Source: an uncultured Polynucleobacter sp. (GTDB lineage Bacteria; Bdellovibrionota_B; Oligoflexia; Oligoflexales; RGVZ01). From it: a DNA stretch of 64,000 nt. The stretch covers positions 1,293 to 65,292 of the forward strand of contig CAYOEM010000012.1 in the NCBI GenBank assembly GCA_964402975.1. Reading direction: 5' to 3'. The translations under genes were made by a program, and so were the position numbers. Numbering within the stretch: position 1 is the stretch's first letter; every line of letters starts with the position of its first letter. Positions 1-9,751 of the stretch are shown here, piece after piece. The notes under the pieces are model-generated. The model had not been told where the DNA came from and did not search any database. It saw nothing but the letters and a program-made list of their open reading frames with translations.

Positions 1-10
1 GGGTAGTCTT

Positions 11-1852
11 TTGTCAGACAAGAGCGCACCAAAAAATTCCAGCGACCAGCCACCAGCCTTGGCGACGGATACGATTGAGGATCTGAAGGTGCAAGTGATT
101 AAACCAGCCGTTGCCCAAGATGCTGCTGGCCTTGCCTCGAAACACTCGTCTCATCAGGGAGCAGCCGCATCGCCGGCTACGGCAAATTATAATCAAAAGC
201 CAGCGGGAATGAACCAGTCAGAAAAGCAACCAAAGGTTGATGAATCTGAGGATGAATTAGCTACGTTCTTTCGCTACCGAAGAATTGCAGCCCAGAGGCG
301 CTCTATCCTGGTTTCCATTCTGGCGACACTCGGTAAAAGTATCGTCGTTGGTTTGATGGCTTGCGCAATCTTGGTGCTACTTTGGAATTACGCCACGATG
401 ATGCGTGTCAAATTCCAGTCGCTTGGCATGGACCACATGCATATAAACTTAGCTGAGGTTATCCCCGCATGGACCAAAAAAGCTAAAAAGTTTAAGGAGC
501 TCAACACCACGGAGCTCGCACAGTTTAATTCGCGAGGAGGACGAACGAACGATCCTGTTGGACAATTCAATGGTGATCCATTTGTGTCGGCTGTATTGCG
601 GGGCTACTGGGTGCGAGTTGAAAGGACAGCTTTAGGGGGGTGTAAAAAATGGGATATCTCCGTAGATTGTAGCCGAAAGGCTTGGTACCTGGCGTACAAA
701 GGAATTCGTGCAAGTCTTAAGCCGATCTCAAATTTTGATATCGCCAAAGTCCAGAAGTTGCCAATGATGGAACAAGTGTTCCTTCTGTTTGCGATGTCAC
801 AGTCTGTTGTGGGGCAAAGATCGGACGAGTTGTTTGATCAGGCCATGAAAGTAGCAGCTCCAGAAAAAACTCTTCAGATAGCTATTCTCGATGCTCGGTT
901 AAAAGGGATTGTTCGGGATAACCAACAAATTTTACTTGCGCGCACGATGTCGCAGGCCGACCAACTTCAAGTTGAATCGACGACGATGTTAAAGTGGAAA
1001 GTTCTTCAGTACGTCGTTAAATATGAATCACAAAAAGTCAGGATTAGTGCCAGCGCGGATTCGAGTGTTCGTAAGGGTTGCGCCGATTTAATCCGTTCCG
1101 GCGCTCTAAAGTCTGACCCCGTGGCGTTGGTGCTCGTAGCGAATACCTTTATAAGGCTTGGGATGGCCAAAGAGCTGGCGCCATTGACGGAAGCTGTAGC
1201 GTCACAGGAAAGCCCTAAAGAGTTTGATCCAAATCTTTACCGAGAAATTTCGATCGCCTCCATCAGGGCCAATATGCTTCGTGGACAGTTGAGTGACGCT
1301 ATGAAACGTGCATCTACTTTGCAGTTACAACTGGGACAGGATGCGACCAGTAGCCATCTGCTAGGATCATCTCTTCTGGCAACAAAAAACCAGTCCAGCG
1401 CATCTCAGGCGGTCGGGCCCTTTCAATTGGCCGTAAGGGGTCAAAATCTATGGCAGTCACATTTAGGCCATTTTATAGCTTTGACGCGTGCAGGGAAGCT
1501 TTCGGATGCTGCGCATAAAATCCCCACGCTTCAGCGATTAAGTAATCCAGTGAGCTCGGTCTGGATAAAACTGGCGATAGCTGAGTACACGTTGGCTAGG
1601 GCTAAGATGGGCGGTCAGGCACCACAAGCAACGTTTAAAGTCATTGCAAAAGAGCTAGCACCCATTTACGCCAGCCATCCATCATGGCCCACTCTGGCCG
1701 AAATTTATTCGGATGCCCTCCTGCGGTCTGGTCAAGTGGATCTATCACAAAAAGTAAGAACAGCTGCCGATCAGCTGGCGGATCGTGTTCGCTATGTTGC
1801 ATCGGAAGAATTTTTGGTATCACCTCTTGGCCCCTATGCCCTCATGCGTTAA
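11..1852 (+). CDS. hypothetical membrane-anchored protein; 5' end uncertain
   Basis: Long uninterrupted ORF. The first codon in the track is TTG and the frame has no stop back to base 2, so the gene may start upstream of the window. One hydrophobic helix (SILVSILATLGKSIVVGLMACAILVLLW). No family recognised. Confidence 0.55.
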   Translation: MSDKSAPKNSSDQPPALATDTIEDLKVQVIKPAVAQDAAGLASKHSSHQGAAASPATANYNQKPAGMNQSEKQPKVDESEDELATFFRYRRIAAQRRSILVSILATLGKSIVVGLMACAILVLLWNYATMMRVKFQSLGMDHMHINLAEVIPAWTKKAKKFKELNTTELAQFNSRGGRTNDPVGQFNGDPFVSAVLRGYWVRVERTALGGCKKWDISVDCSRKAWYLAYKGIRASLKPISNFDIAKVQKLPMMEQVFLLFAMSQSVVGQRSDELFDQAMKVAAPEKTLQIAILDARLKGIVRDNQQILLARTMSQADQLQVESTTMLKWKVLQYVVKYESQKVRISASADSSVRKGCADLIRSGALKSDPVALVLVANTFIRLGMAKELAPLTEAVASQESPKEFDPNLYREISIASIRANMLRGQLSDAMKRASTLQLQLGQDATSSHLLGSSLLATKNQSSASQAVGPFQLAVRGQNLWQSHLGHFIALTRAGKLSDAAHKIPTLQRLSNPVSSVWIKLAIAEYTLARAKMGGQAPQATFKVIAKELAPIYASHPSWPTLAEIYSDALLRSGQVDLSQKVRTAADQLADRVRYVASEEFLVSPLGPYALMR

Positions 1853-1864
1853 GAAGATGCGAGT

Positions 1865-2842
1865 ATGAGCTATCCCAAAACTACATTTGAGCTTCGCGTT
1901 GCATTTGATCCAAGTCAAAAAGCGGCGGCCGCGACAAAGAGGCGTTTCATGGAATGGCTTGCTGCCCACGGAGTTGATGAATTTGTCGAAGGCGTCATGG
2001 ATGGTCTTGATATTGACCACGAGTATACTGGACCTAGCGATCGCGATTTTTATGCAGAACTTGGCGGTGAGTTGCTTCCCGTCTCAGTTTACAAGTATAG
2101 CCGCGAGCTCTTGGAGGATTTGAAGTTAAAAATCGAGCGAGATTTTCCTCAGGGTGTAGTCGTAGAGATTCTTGCTATGGAAACAAGTGAGTGGCTTGAA
2201 GGTTGGAAAGAAAGCTTTAAGCCAATTGAGACAAGTCGATTTTATATTTTTCCACCATGGGATTCCGAGAAAAAAATAAAAAACAAAATACCCATCGTCA
2301 TCGAGCCAGGCATGGCGTTTGGAACGGGACAGCATGCTACGACACAAGTAGTCATCCACGCGTTGGAGACGCTGATTTCCAAAAATAATGACTTTCGCAA
2401 TTGGCGATGTATGGACGTTGGCACAGGAACCGGCATCCTCGCACTGGCCGCGTTAAAAATGGGCTTTAAAACCGTTGCCGGTAGTGACATTGATCCGGAT
2501 GCGGTCACGGCAGCCATCAATAATGCAAGGCTTAATCACATTGAGCTACCGGTTTGGCAGGGCAGTTGTCCGGTGAACGGGGTCCGAGGTCGCCCCGAGT
2601 TTGAGCCCCCATTTGATCTGGTCATTGCAAACATATTGTTTGTCGTTCTTAAAAAAATAATTCCAGATCTCGCGAGGATTACCAAGGCCGGCGGTCTATT
2701 GATTCTTTCTGGTCTTTTGATCGAAGACTCGGCTGAAATGAAATCTCTCGCAGAGGGGCATGGACTAAGTTTCATCGGTCAAAGTGAGCTTGAGGGTTGG
2801 AGTTGTATGACCTTTTTAAAGACGCCGACGTCTCGAGGATAA
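1865..2842 (+). CDS. prmA: ribosomal protein L11 methyltransferase
   Basis: PrmA signature GMAFGTGQHATTQ and SAM-binding motif DVGTGTGILALAA. Length 325 aa. Followed directly by rsmE. Confidence 0.9.
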   Translation: MSYPKTTFELRVAFDPSQKAAAATKRRFMEWLAAHGVDEFVEGVMDGLDIDHEYTGPSDRDFYAELGGELLPVSVYKYSRELLEDLKLKIERDFPQGVVVEILAMETSEWLEGWKESFKPIETSRFYIFPPWDSEKKIKNKIPIVIEPGMAFGTGQHATTQVVIHALETLISKNNDFRNWRCMDVGTGTGILALAALKMGFKTVAGSDIDPDAVTAAINNARLNHIELPVWQGSCPVNGVRGRPEFEPPFDLVIANILFVVLKKIIPDLARITKAGGLLILSGLLIEDSAEMKSLAEGHGLSFIGQSELEGWSCMTFLKTPTSRG

Positions 2843-3565
2843 ATGGCACACGTTTATAGATTTTTCGGCCAAAAAGATTCGTCGGGGGTTTGGAGACTCG
2901 AAGATGATGAGGCTCATCACGCCATAAAGGTGCTTCGGCTTTCTGGTGGCGAGGTGGTTGAGCTAGTTGATGGTAAAGGCACCGTGGTTACAGGCCGTCT
3001 AGTTTTGGAGTCTAAATCCAAAGCGGTACTTACCGAAGCTTCGGAGCTCTTCACACAAAAAGATCCTTTTTGTCGGTGTATCGTGCTTGGGGCGTTGAAG
3101 CCTGGAGATGTGGATGATCTGATTGCCCCGCTAGTTGAGCTAGGCGCAGATAAGATAATCATTTTTCATCAGTCCGATACCGCGCAGTACAGGACGTCTG
3201 ATTCAGCGCTAGACCGCTGGCAACGACTGGCAAGGTCAGCCGTTAAGCAGTCAAAACGCCCTTGGGGCGTTGAGATGACCTCGGCTGGCAGCCTAACCGC
3301 AGCCCTTGATTTGACCAAGGACGTATCTCACCACTGGATTCTTTTGCCCGGGGCCAAGGACGATCTCATAAGCTTGCTGCCAAGTGCTTCATCGGGACGA
3401 GGAGTCTCTATGCTCATCGGAGGTGAAAAAGGTTTCACCCTGGCCGAGCAGGATCAGGCTTTAGCCTCAGGCTATAAGCCAGTGCGGCTTGGTCCCCATG
3501 TGCTGCGGGCCAGAACTGCTGCCCAAGCGGCCGCTGTTTTTTTAGGCATGATGCCGCGTCGCTAG
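2843..3565 (+). CDS. rsmE: 16S rRNA (uracil1498-N3)-methyltransferase
   Basis: 240 aa. C-terminal RsmE-like motifs LIGGEKGFT and LGPHVLRARTAAQAA. The start abuts the prmA stop codon. Confidence 0.85.
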   Translation: MAHVYRFFGQKDSSGVWRLEDDEAHHAIKVLRLSGGEVVELVDGKGTVVTGRLVLESKSKAVLTEASELFTQKDPFCRCIVLGALKPGDVDDLIAPLVELGADKIIIFHQSDTAQYRTSDSALDRWQRLARSAVKQSKRPWGVEMTSAGSLTAALDLTKDVSHHWILLPGAKDDLISLLPSASSGRGVSMLIGGEKGFTLAEQDQALASGYKPVRLGPHVLRARTAAQAAAVFLGMMPRR

Positions 3566-3676
3566 GTTTGCCTGCTAATCATCTATAAATCCTTATGATT
3601 CTCTTTTTAATCTTGGCATAGCCTGCTACAATTTCAAGCAATAGACCCTCAAACTAACTGCAGGTAATTAAAGACC

Positions 3677-4129
3677 ATGGGATCGATCAAAGGCCGTCGC
3701 GGTGGTGTGCGTTCAAAACTGGTGGAGCCCTACTTTCAAATTAAGTTGGGACTGATGTTCATCATCGTCAACCTGTTGTTTTCGGTCCTGTTTGCAGGTG
3801 TCGTTTGGTGGGTTCTCTCGGATGTATTTGAGTCAGTGAAGACTTATTTTGAGTTAACAGGAAGTGATGCCACCTTAACGATGGGTAAATTATCGACTCC
3901 GCTAATCTTAGTTGGAGTTCTAGTGCTTGCGTTTGTGGCTACGACTTTCTATGTAGCCGTTCACTACACCCATAAAATCTATGGTCCCCTTGTATCCATA
4001 AACCGTTTCATCGATGAGATGGTTGAGGGTCGTAGCCCGTCAAAACTCGCTCTTCGAGACGGGGACGAGCTACAGGACCTGGTGCTTAAGCTCAATATCC
4101 TTGCAGATAAGTACAAGGCCTCTAAGTAA
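3677..4129 (+). CDS. small two-TM membrane protein with a HAMP-like C-terminal segment
   Basis: Two hydrophobic helices followed by IYGPLVSINRFIDEMVEGR...DGDELQDLVLKLNILADK, which matches the HAMP pattern (P-L ... DELG-L ... N-M). Confidence 0.6.
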   Translation: MGSIKGRRGGVRSKLVEPYFQIKLGLMFIIVNLLFSVLFAGVVWWVLSDVFESVKTYFELTGSDATLTMGKLSTPLILVGVLVLAFVATTFYVAVHYTHKIYGPLVSINRFIDEMVEGRSPSKLALRDGDELQDLVLKLNILADKYKASK

Positions 4130-4301
4130 GTCGGCCTGCTGCAAATAATTCGAAAGTCCCGAAACGATCGTTCTAAGATCCCAAATCCGTTAATGGATTT
4201 GAAGCTATTTATTGACCGTAAAACCTCGGCAACCCTTGAACTTTCTGGGGTTTATGGCAATCTGTTGGGTGACGAAACGAGAGAAAGGATGGCCTAGCCC
4301 C

Positions 4302-6689
4302 ATGACAACAAAGCTCCACAAAAAAGCCAAAAAAGTCGCAAAGAAGTCTCCTGCAAAAAAATCTAACGCCAAAAAAAGCGCGCCGAAAAAATCTGCCAAG
4401 AAATCATCCGGCAAATCAAAAGTCAGCGTATGTGCCACACGACCAGACGTCGTGGCAAAACACTACGAAAGTCTTGGCAGTAAATTTGACCGATACCGCA
4501 AAGCCCTCGGTCGCGGATTAACCCTTGGTGAGAAGATTCTTTTCTCCCACTTGGATAACGACGCTGATCTTAAATCTTACGTTCGCGGTAAGAGCTTTAT
4601 TATGCTTCGCCCTGACCGCGTGGCTATGCAAGATGCAACCGCGCAAATGGCTATTTTGCAATTTATTCAGTCAGGCAAAAAACAAGTGGCCGTTCCGTCC
4701 ACCGTGCACTGTGATCACTTGATCGTGGCTCGCAAAGGTGTCGCGAAAGATATGAAAGTCGCTAATCACGACAACGAAGAAGTTTTTGATTTTCTCGCAT
4801 CAGCTAGTAAAAAATACGGCATTGGTTTTTGGAAACCAGGCTCAGGCATCATTCACCAAGTGGTTCTTGAAAATTACGCCTTCCCAGGCGGTCTTATGAT
4901 TGGCACTGACTCGCACACGCCAAACGCCGGTGGCCTTGGCATGTGTGCTATTGGTGTGGGTGGTGCTGATGCTGTAGACGTCATGGCTGGAATGCCATGG
5001 GAACTCTTAAATCCTAAGTTCATTGGCGTAAAACTCACCGGCTCTCTTTCAAGCTGGACGTCCCCTAAAGACGTCATCTTGGCTCTTTGCGGTAAGCTTA
5101 CAGTTAAGGGTGGAACCAACAAAATCGTTGAGTACTTTGGCCCTGGCGTTAAATCTATTTCTTGTACCGGCAAAGCGACCATCACCAATATGGGCGCAGA
5201 ACTCGGCGCAACGTGTTCTGTATTTCCGTATGATGAGCGTATGGGTACGTACCTTCGTACTACGGAACGCTCTGCTCTGGCAGATCTGGCCGACCAATAC
5301 GCGGCACACCTAAGAGCAGACGAAGAGTGCGAGCGTAATCCTGAGAAATACTACGATGAAGTGGTTGAGATTAACCTCTCAGAACTTGAGCCGCAGATTG
5401 TTGGTCCGCACACGCCAGACCTTGCCCGCCCAGTGTCAAAGTTGGCTGCCGAGGTAAAAGAGAAGGGCTATCACGACCGCATTTCTGCTTGTTTGATCGG
5501 TAGCTGTACGAATAGTTCCTATGAGGACATCTCGCGTGCTGCCAGTGTCGTCAAATACGCGATGGAGCAGGGTCTTAAAGCTAAGACTCAGTTTCTGGTC
5601 TCTCCAGGGTCCGATCAAATCTACAACACCATGAAGCGTGATGGACTTCTTAAAGTCTTTGAAGACTTTGGAGCTATTGTTATGGCCAATGCGTGCGGTC
5701 CTTGCATTGGACAATGGAAGCGTGACGATATGAAAGACGGCACTCCAAACTCAATCGTCACAAGCTTTAACCGTAACTTCCGCGCTCGTAACGACGGTAA
5801 CACCGAGACACTGGGTTTCATTGGATCCCCAGAAATGGTTGTGGCCTACGCTATCTCTGGAAGTCTTAGCTTTAATCCCGCCACGGATTACCTAACCAAT
5901 AAAGCGGGCCAGAAAATTCGCCTGCGTGCGCCGATGGGAGCTGAACTTCCCATGACAGGTTTTGCGAAGGGCCTGGCCGGTTTTGCAGAACCTGCCACTG
6001 ACGGCAGCAAACTAAAAGTCACGGTAAGCCCTAAGAGCCCAAGGCTACAGCTACTTGCGCCGTTTACCGCTTGGGATGGTCAAGACTTTGTAGAGCATCA
6101 ATTGCTTCTTAAAACCAAAGGCAAAACCACCACCGATCACATCTCGCCAGCGGGTAAGTGGTTATCCTTTCGCGGTCACTTGGATAAAATCTCTGACAAT
6201 ATGTTCCTTGGCGCCACCAATGCCTTCATGGAAAAAGAGATCGGTAAAACCAAAAATGCTGTCACTGGCGAAGTTAAAACCGTCGCTGAAGTAGCGCGCG
6301 ACTACAAAAAGCGCGGTATGCGCTGGATCGTGGTTGGTGATGAGAACTACGGCGAGGGATCAAGTCGTGAGCATGCGGCAATGTCTCCAAGATTCTTAGG
6401 CGTGAGTGCGGTCATCGTAAAAAGCTTTGCTCGTATCCACGAGACAAACCTCAAAAAGCAGGGCGTTCTTGCCCTTACATTTGCTAATGTCTCCGACTAC
6501 GAGAAGGTTCGTGAGGGTGATAAGCTCTCTGTGCGCGGCCTTTCAAGCTTTGCCCCTGGTAAGAACCTATCCGTAGAAATCACCCACAGTGATGGATCAA
6601 AAGACAAGTTTGACGCCAAGCATAGTTATAATGCCGAGCAGATTCAGTGGTTTAAGGCGGGCTCTGCTCTCAATCTGATGAAGGACTAA
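4302..6689 (+). CDS. acn: aconitate hydratase, mitochondrial-type (~750-aa class), with a Lys/Ala/Ser-rich N-terminal tail
   Basis: Motifs [61 protein letters not shown] and [14 protein letters not shown] prefer the ATG at 4302, which has GAGAAAGGA about 12 nt upstream, over the track start at 4212. Confidence 0.92.
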   Translation: MTTKLHKKAKKVAKKSPAKKSNAKKSAPKKSAKKSSGKSKVSVCATRPDVVAKHYESLGSKFDRYRKALGRGLTLGEKILFSHLDNDADLKSYVRGKSFIMLRPDRVAMQDATAQMAILQFIQSGKKQVAVPSTVHCDHLIVARKGVAKDMKVANHDNEEVFDFLASASKKYGIGFWKPGSGIIHQVVLENYAFPGGLMIGTDSHTPNAGGLGMCAIGVGGADAVDVMAGMPWELLNPKFIGVKLTGSLSSWTSPKDVILALCGKLTVKGGTNKIVEYFGPGVKSISCTGKATITNMGAELGATCSVFPYDERMGTYLRTTERSALADLADQYAAHLRADEECERNPEKYYDEVVEINLSELEPQIVGPHTPDLARPVSKLAAEVKEKGYHDRISACLIGSCTNSSYEDISRAASVVKYAMEQGLKAKTQFLVSPGSDQIYNTMKRDGLLKVFEDFGAIVMANACGPCIGQWKRDDMKDGTPNSIVTSFNRNFRARNDGNTETLGFIGSPEMVVAYAISGSLSFNPATDYLTNKAGQKIRLRAPMGAELPMTGFAKGLAGFAEPATDGSKLKVTVSPKSPRLQLLAPFTAWDGQDFVEHQLLLKTKGKTTTDHISPAGKWLSFRGHLDKISDNMFLGATNAFMEKEIGKTKNAVTGEVKTVAEVARDYKKRGMRWIVVGDENYGEGSSREHAAMSPRFLGVSAVIVKSFARIHETNLKKQGVLALTFANVSDYEKVREGDKLSVRGLSSFAPGKNLSVEITHSDGSKDKFDAKHSYNAEQIQWFKAGSALNLMKD

Positions 6690-6712
6690 AATCGGTTCAA
6701 GAAAGACAAAAT

Positions 6713-7858
6713 TTAAACGTCTTTTAACAGACCCGAGAGTTCTTGTACGCCGCACAGTGTGATTTCATGCCCGTCTATGATCCTTGTCTCTGGTTCTGAG
6801 CGGTCTAGAGTTACGAGTATGTTTTTGCCGTCTGGGTAGCGACTGCGGAAAGACCTTAGGCCCCGTGATGCGTCAAAATTTGATGATTTGCTTTTACATT
6901 CAATGGCTACAAACTTTTTACCACGGCTTTTTTTGACCACAAAATCTACTTCGTGGCGCTGCTTGTCTTTCCAGTAGTAAATTTCATTTCGTAAAAATAT
7001 AGCTTGAAGTTCTCCCAGTACAAGGTGCTCAAGCAGGTTACCTCGATCTTCATGGTCAATGGCGGAGTTGCCTCTAAAAAAACTGACAAACCCAGTATCA
7101 AAGCCGTAGATCTTTGGTTGAGCCTTAATTTCACCACTTCCGCCGTCTGAAAACGGGCGAATCACCGAGGCAAGTAGCGTCGTTTCTAGAATTTCAAGAT
7201 AATTGAAGACGGTCTGCCGGCTTATCTCACAGGGTACGGCAAACCCCTGAGCTTCGAACAAATTCCCACTTTGCCGAAAAAGAAGCTCAATAAAACGCAT
7301 AAAACTGGCGCGTTTCTCAACAACAAAGAGCTCCTGCACGTCTTTCGCCCAATAACTTTCCATCCATTCTACGTAGTCAACATCGTTAATCTTAGGGGCT
7401 AGCAAAAATGGTGGCAGCCCTCCGCGGATCATTCGCATGTCAACATCAATCGAGGTTAGTGATTTCATATCGCTGTAGATTGCTGGCAACAGCCACAATT
7501 CTCGTTTGCGACCTGTGAGAGTATCCTTGAACTTTGATTTGGCTGCGAGCGTGGAAGATCCGGTTGCAATGACTTTCAAATGAGGAAAATGATCGGCGGC
7601 AATTTTCAAAATTTCCGAAGGATTTATAAGTCGGTGAATTTCATCCAAGACAATGGTTTTTTTGCCCATACGTTTTAGAAAACGCTCTGGTTCATCTAAA
7701 GTCTGCCTCACGCTGGGGAGTTCGCAGTCGAAATACTCTACGTTGGGCAGGCTTTTCACCAAAGTGGTTTTACCGACTCGGCGCACACCGCTGAGCCAGA
7801 GAACATTTCTGTCCTTCAGGAGTTCTATGATTCGATTTTTCCAGTAAGTTCGGTCCAT
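6713..7858 (-). CDS. AAA+ ATPase of the AAA_14/DUF4143 type
   Basis: Walker A GVRRVGKTT, Walker B VLDEIH, and a C-terminal region typical of DUF4143 ATP-binding proteins. Confidence 0.75.
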   Translation of the reverse strand: MDRTYWKNRIIELLKDRNVLWLSGVRRVGKTTLVKSLPNVEYFDCELPSVRQTLDEPERFLKRMGKKTIVLDEIHRLINPSEILKIAADHFPHLKVIATGSSTLAAKSKFKDTLTGRKRELWLLPAIYSDMKSLTSIDVDMRMIRGGLPPFLLAPKINDVDYVEWMESYWAKDVQELFVVEKRASFMRFIELLFRQSGNLFEAQGFAVPCEISRQTVFNYLEILETTLLASVIRPFSDGGSGEIKAQPKIYGFDTGFVSFFRGNSAIDHEDRGNLLEHLVLGELQAIFLRNEIYYWKDKQRHEVDFVVKKSRGKKFVAIECKSKSSNFDASRGLRSFRSRYPDGKNILVTLDRSEPETRIIDGHEITLCGVQELSGLLKDV

Positions 7859-8038
7859 GCAACTATATTAGCGTTTAGTGCGACTAAACGCAAATTGACT
7901 TATAATCGCTCGAAGCGCAGTTTAATCGCAGCCTTACCCCGCCTCTGCGAGAACGCTATCGGGAGGTGAATGCGCCGGCTAAGGGGGGGGGCATTGAGGA
8001 TTCCCTAAGTCATCTAAAACCTTATGGGTTTTCTTTCA

Positions 8039-8067
8039 TTGACACTTCAGGCCTAGCAGCCTATAAC
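8039..8067 (+). promoter_or_regulatory. sigma-70-type promoter for the tRNA-fMet gene
   Basis: TTGACA at 8039-8044, a 17-nt spacer, and TATAAC at 8062-8067. The tRNA starts 16 nt downstream. Confidence 0.6.
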
Positions 8068-8082
8068 TTGCCATCCAATTGC

Positions 8083-8158
8083 CGCGGGGTGGAGAAGTTG
8101 GTATCTCGTCGGGCTCATAACCCGAAGACCGTAGGTTCAAGTCCTACCCCCGCTACCA
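8083..8158 (+). tRNA. initiator tRNA-Met (CAT anticodon)
   Basis: 76 nt. Nearly collinear with E. coli tRNA-fMet: CGCGGGG acceptor, three G-C pairs closing the anticodon stem (TCGGG CTCATAA CCCGA), T arm GTAGG TTCAAGT CCTAC, encoded CCA. Position 1:72 is an unpaired C:U, compared with C:A in E. coli. Confidence 0.9.
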
Positions 8159-8262
8159 ACATAAGTCACGGCTCTGATTGAATAAATCAGGGCCGTTAAT
8201 TTTTTGGGCTGGGGCAAAACAGGCTCCGATGGCAAACAAATGGCAAACATGAAAACGAAATC
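8109..8262. repeat. left copy of the 154-bp direct repeat (attL-like)
   Basis: Identical to 22701-22854 except T8210 versus A22802. Covers the 3' 50 nt of the tRNA, its terminator and about 100 nt downstream. Confidence 0.9.
8170..8205 (+). terminator. rho-independent terminator of the tRNA gene
   Basis: 10-bp stem GGCTCTGATT / AATCAGGGCC with one G-U pair, followed by GTTAATTTTTT. It lies inside the 154-bp repeat, so a second copy sits at about 22762-22797. Confidence 0.6.
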
Positions 8263-8270
8263 CACCGAAA

Positions 8271-9428
8271 TCACCTCACAACTGAGAGCATTGGTCGCTC
8301 AGAAACTTGGCTCTGAAATGACCTTGGACCAACGCTAAACATCGCTGCGGTGTCGGCGATCTTGTTGGGTAACAGATGAAGATAGATCATGGTCGTCTTC
8401 ATCTCCTTGTGACCCAAAATCTTACTGACAGTCACCAGATCAACGCCTCTGTCGATCATCAAGGTTGCCGCAGTATGACGTAGATCATGAAATCTTAACT
8501 CTCTAACACCTGAGGCTTCCAAATCTTTCTTAAAGTATCTTCTGATGAAGACCTCGTGACAGATGGGTGCGCCAGTCTCTTGGTGGTAGAAAAGCGTCGA
8601 AGCTGTGCTTGGTCGGTCCGTGCGGTAAAGTAGATCTTTGATCTCCGTTGCCAGGATTGAACTGCAAGGTACATTCCTAGCAGCTTTGCCCTTTGTCGGA
8701 CCCATTGCTTGTATGGATCTATCAAACTGGCGATCAACTCTAATCACATCGCCGACGGCCTTAGCATTGGGGAATTTCAGTCCCCAGATTTCACCTGAAC
8801 GCATCCCTGTGTTTAGCGCGGTTAAGTACACCACATAAACCCATCTCTCAGCACTTCCCGGTGGATACTTCGCGTTAGCAAAGGCCAAGAACTCCTCAGA
8901 CTCGTCACGATCCCAAAAGTCGATGTCTTTGCCGTCAGCCTTGAGCATCTTAAAACCCGCAGCGGCATTGAAGGGAATCCTCTTACAATCAAATGAGTGC
9001 TTAAGGATGGCTTTGATCACCTGGATCTTGTGATTCACAGTTTGGTTAGCCAGCCCCTCTCGGAGCTGGCGTGCCTGAAACTCTGTCAAAAAACCGTGAT
9101 GAAATCTGTCCGTCTTAAGCTTTCCTAGGCTAGGAAGGGTCTCGCGTAGAATCCCGTTCACTTTGATGGTGTGGGATTTGCTAAAAGATCTCCCGCGCGT
9201 CTCTAGCCAAAATTTGGCCTCATCGGCAAACGTCGTATGTTCCAGGTAAGACGCACCTTTTAGAGCTTTGTCAGCATCGAGTCGCTTCATAATGAACGAT
9301 TGTGCCTGCTCCCGAGTCTCAAACCTGAGGTTACGATGTCTACTGCCTCGTCCATTTTCCAAGAATCTAACTTGGAATTTTTGCTCTCCAGACCTTGTTT
9401 TTAACTTCTTTATTTTTGGAATTCTCAT
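8271..9428 (-). CDS. int: tyrosine-type site-specific integrase
   Basis: C-terminal catalytic motifs RFHDLRHTAATL, LGH and MIYLHL (R-HxxR-Y). Adjacent to the tRNA and att repeat. Confidence 0.9.
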   Translation of the reverse strand: MRIPKIKKLKTRSGEQKFQVRFLENGRGSRHRNLRFETREQAQSFIMKRLDADKALKGASYLEHTTFADEAKFWLETRGRSFSKSHTIKVNGILRETLPSLGKLKTDRFHHGFLTEFQARQLREGLANQTVNHKIQVIKAILKHSFDCKRIPFNAAAGFKMLKADGKDIDFWDRDESEEFLAFANAKYPPGSAERWVYVVYLTALNTGMRSGEIWGLKFPNAKAVGDVIRVDRQFDRSIQAMGPTKGKAARNVPCSSILATEIKDLLYRTDRPSTASTLFYHQETGAPICHEVFIRRYFKKDLEASGVRELRFHDLRHTAATLMIDRGVDLVTVSKILGHKEMKTTMIYLHLLPNKIADTAAMFSVGPRSFQSQVSERPMLSVVR

Positions 9429-9751
9429 AGTGCCTCACTGTCTACCCCATCTAAATTGGGGTTTTGAGAGGCAAACCAAGCCAAAAATATGTCGGTTCTA
9501 ATATAGAGCCTTCGATTAAGCGTTAGGAATAGCCTACTGGGGACACCTCTCATGGCTCCTCGATAGCGCCAATCATAGATGGTCGCTTTAGAGTAGCCGA
9601 AGTGTTCAGCAAACTGTTCTGTCCGCATAAGCTTTGGCAGGCTGTCAAAGAGCTGACCTGGCAGCATGAATTCGCTGCCAGTCAGTGTACTGGATACAAT
9701 GGTTTCTGGACCAAGGCCACTTTTATGTTCTTTTTTAAAAGCTTTAGTCAT
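9425..9751 (-). CDS. AlpA/excisionase-like helix-turn-helix DNA-binding protein
   Basis: HTH segment TEQFAEHFGYSKATIYDWRYRG. 4-bp overlaps with both the integrase and the upstream gene. Confidence 0.6.
   Translation of the reverse strand: MTKAFKKEHKSGLGPETIVSSTLTGSEFMLPGQLFDSLPKLMRTEQFAEHFGYSKATIYDWRYRGAMRGVPSRLFLTLNRRLYIRTDIFLAWFASQNPNLDGVDSEAL

Noticed and set aside
3610-3632. Sigma-54-like promoter string TGGCATAGCCTGCTA upstream of the 150-aa gene
   Set aside because: The GG and GC elements are 10 nt apart, not the required 12. A -35/-10 reading (TTGGCA / TACAAT) has only an 8-nt spacer.
4212-4301. Upstream 30-codon extension of the aconitase ORF
   Set aside because: The track start has no RBS and its N-terminal sequence is non-homologous. 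The ATG at 4302 has a purine-rich RBS.
7966-8181. 71-aa plus-strand ORF
   Set aside because: It reads straight through the tRNA-fMet promoter and gene, so it is spurious.
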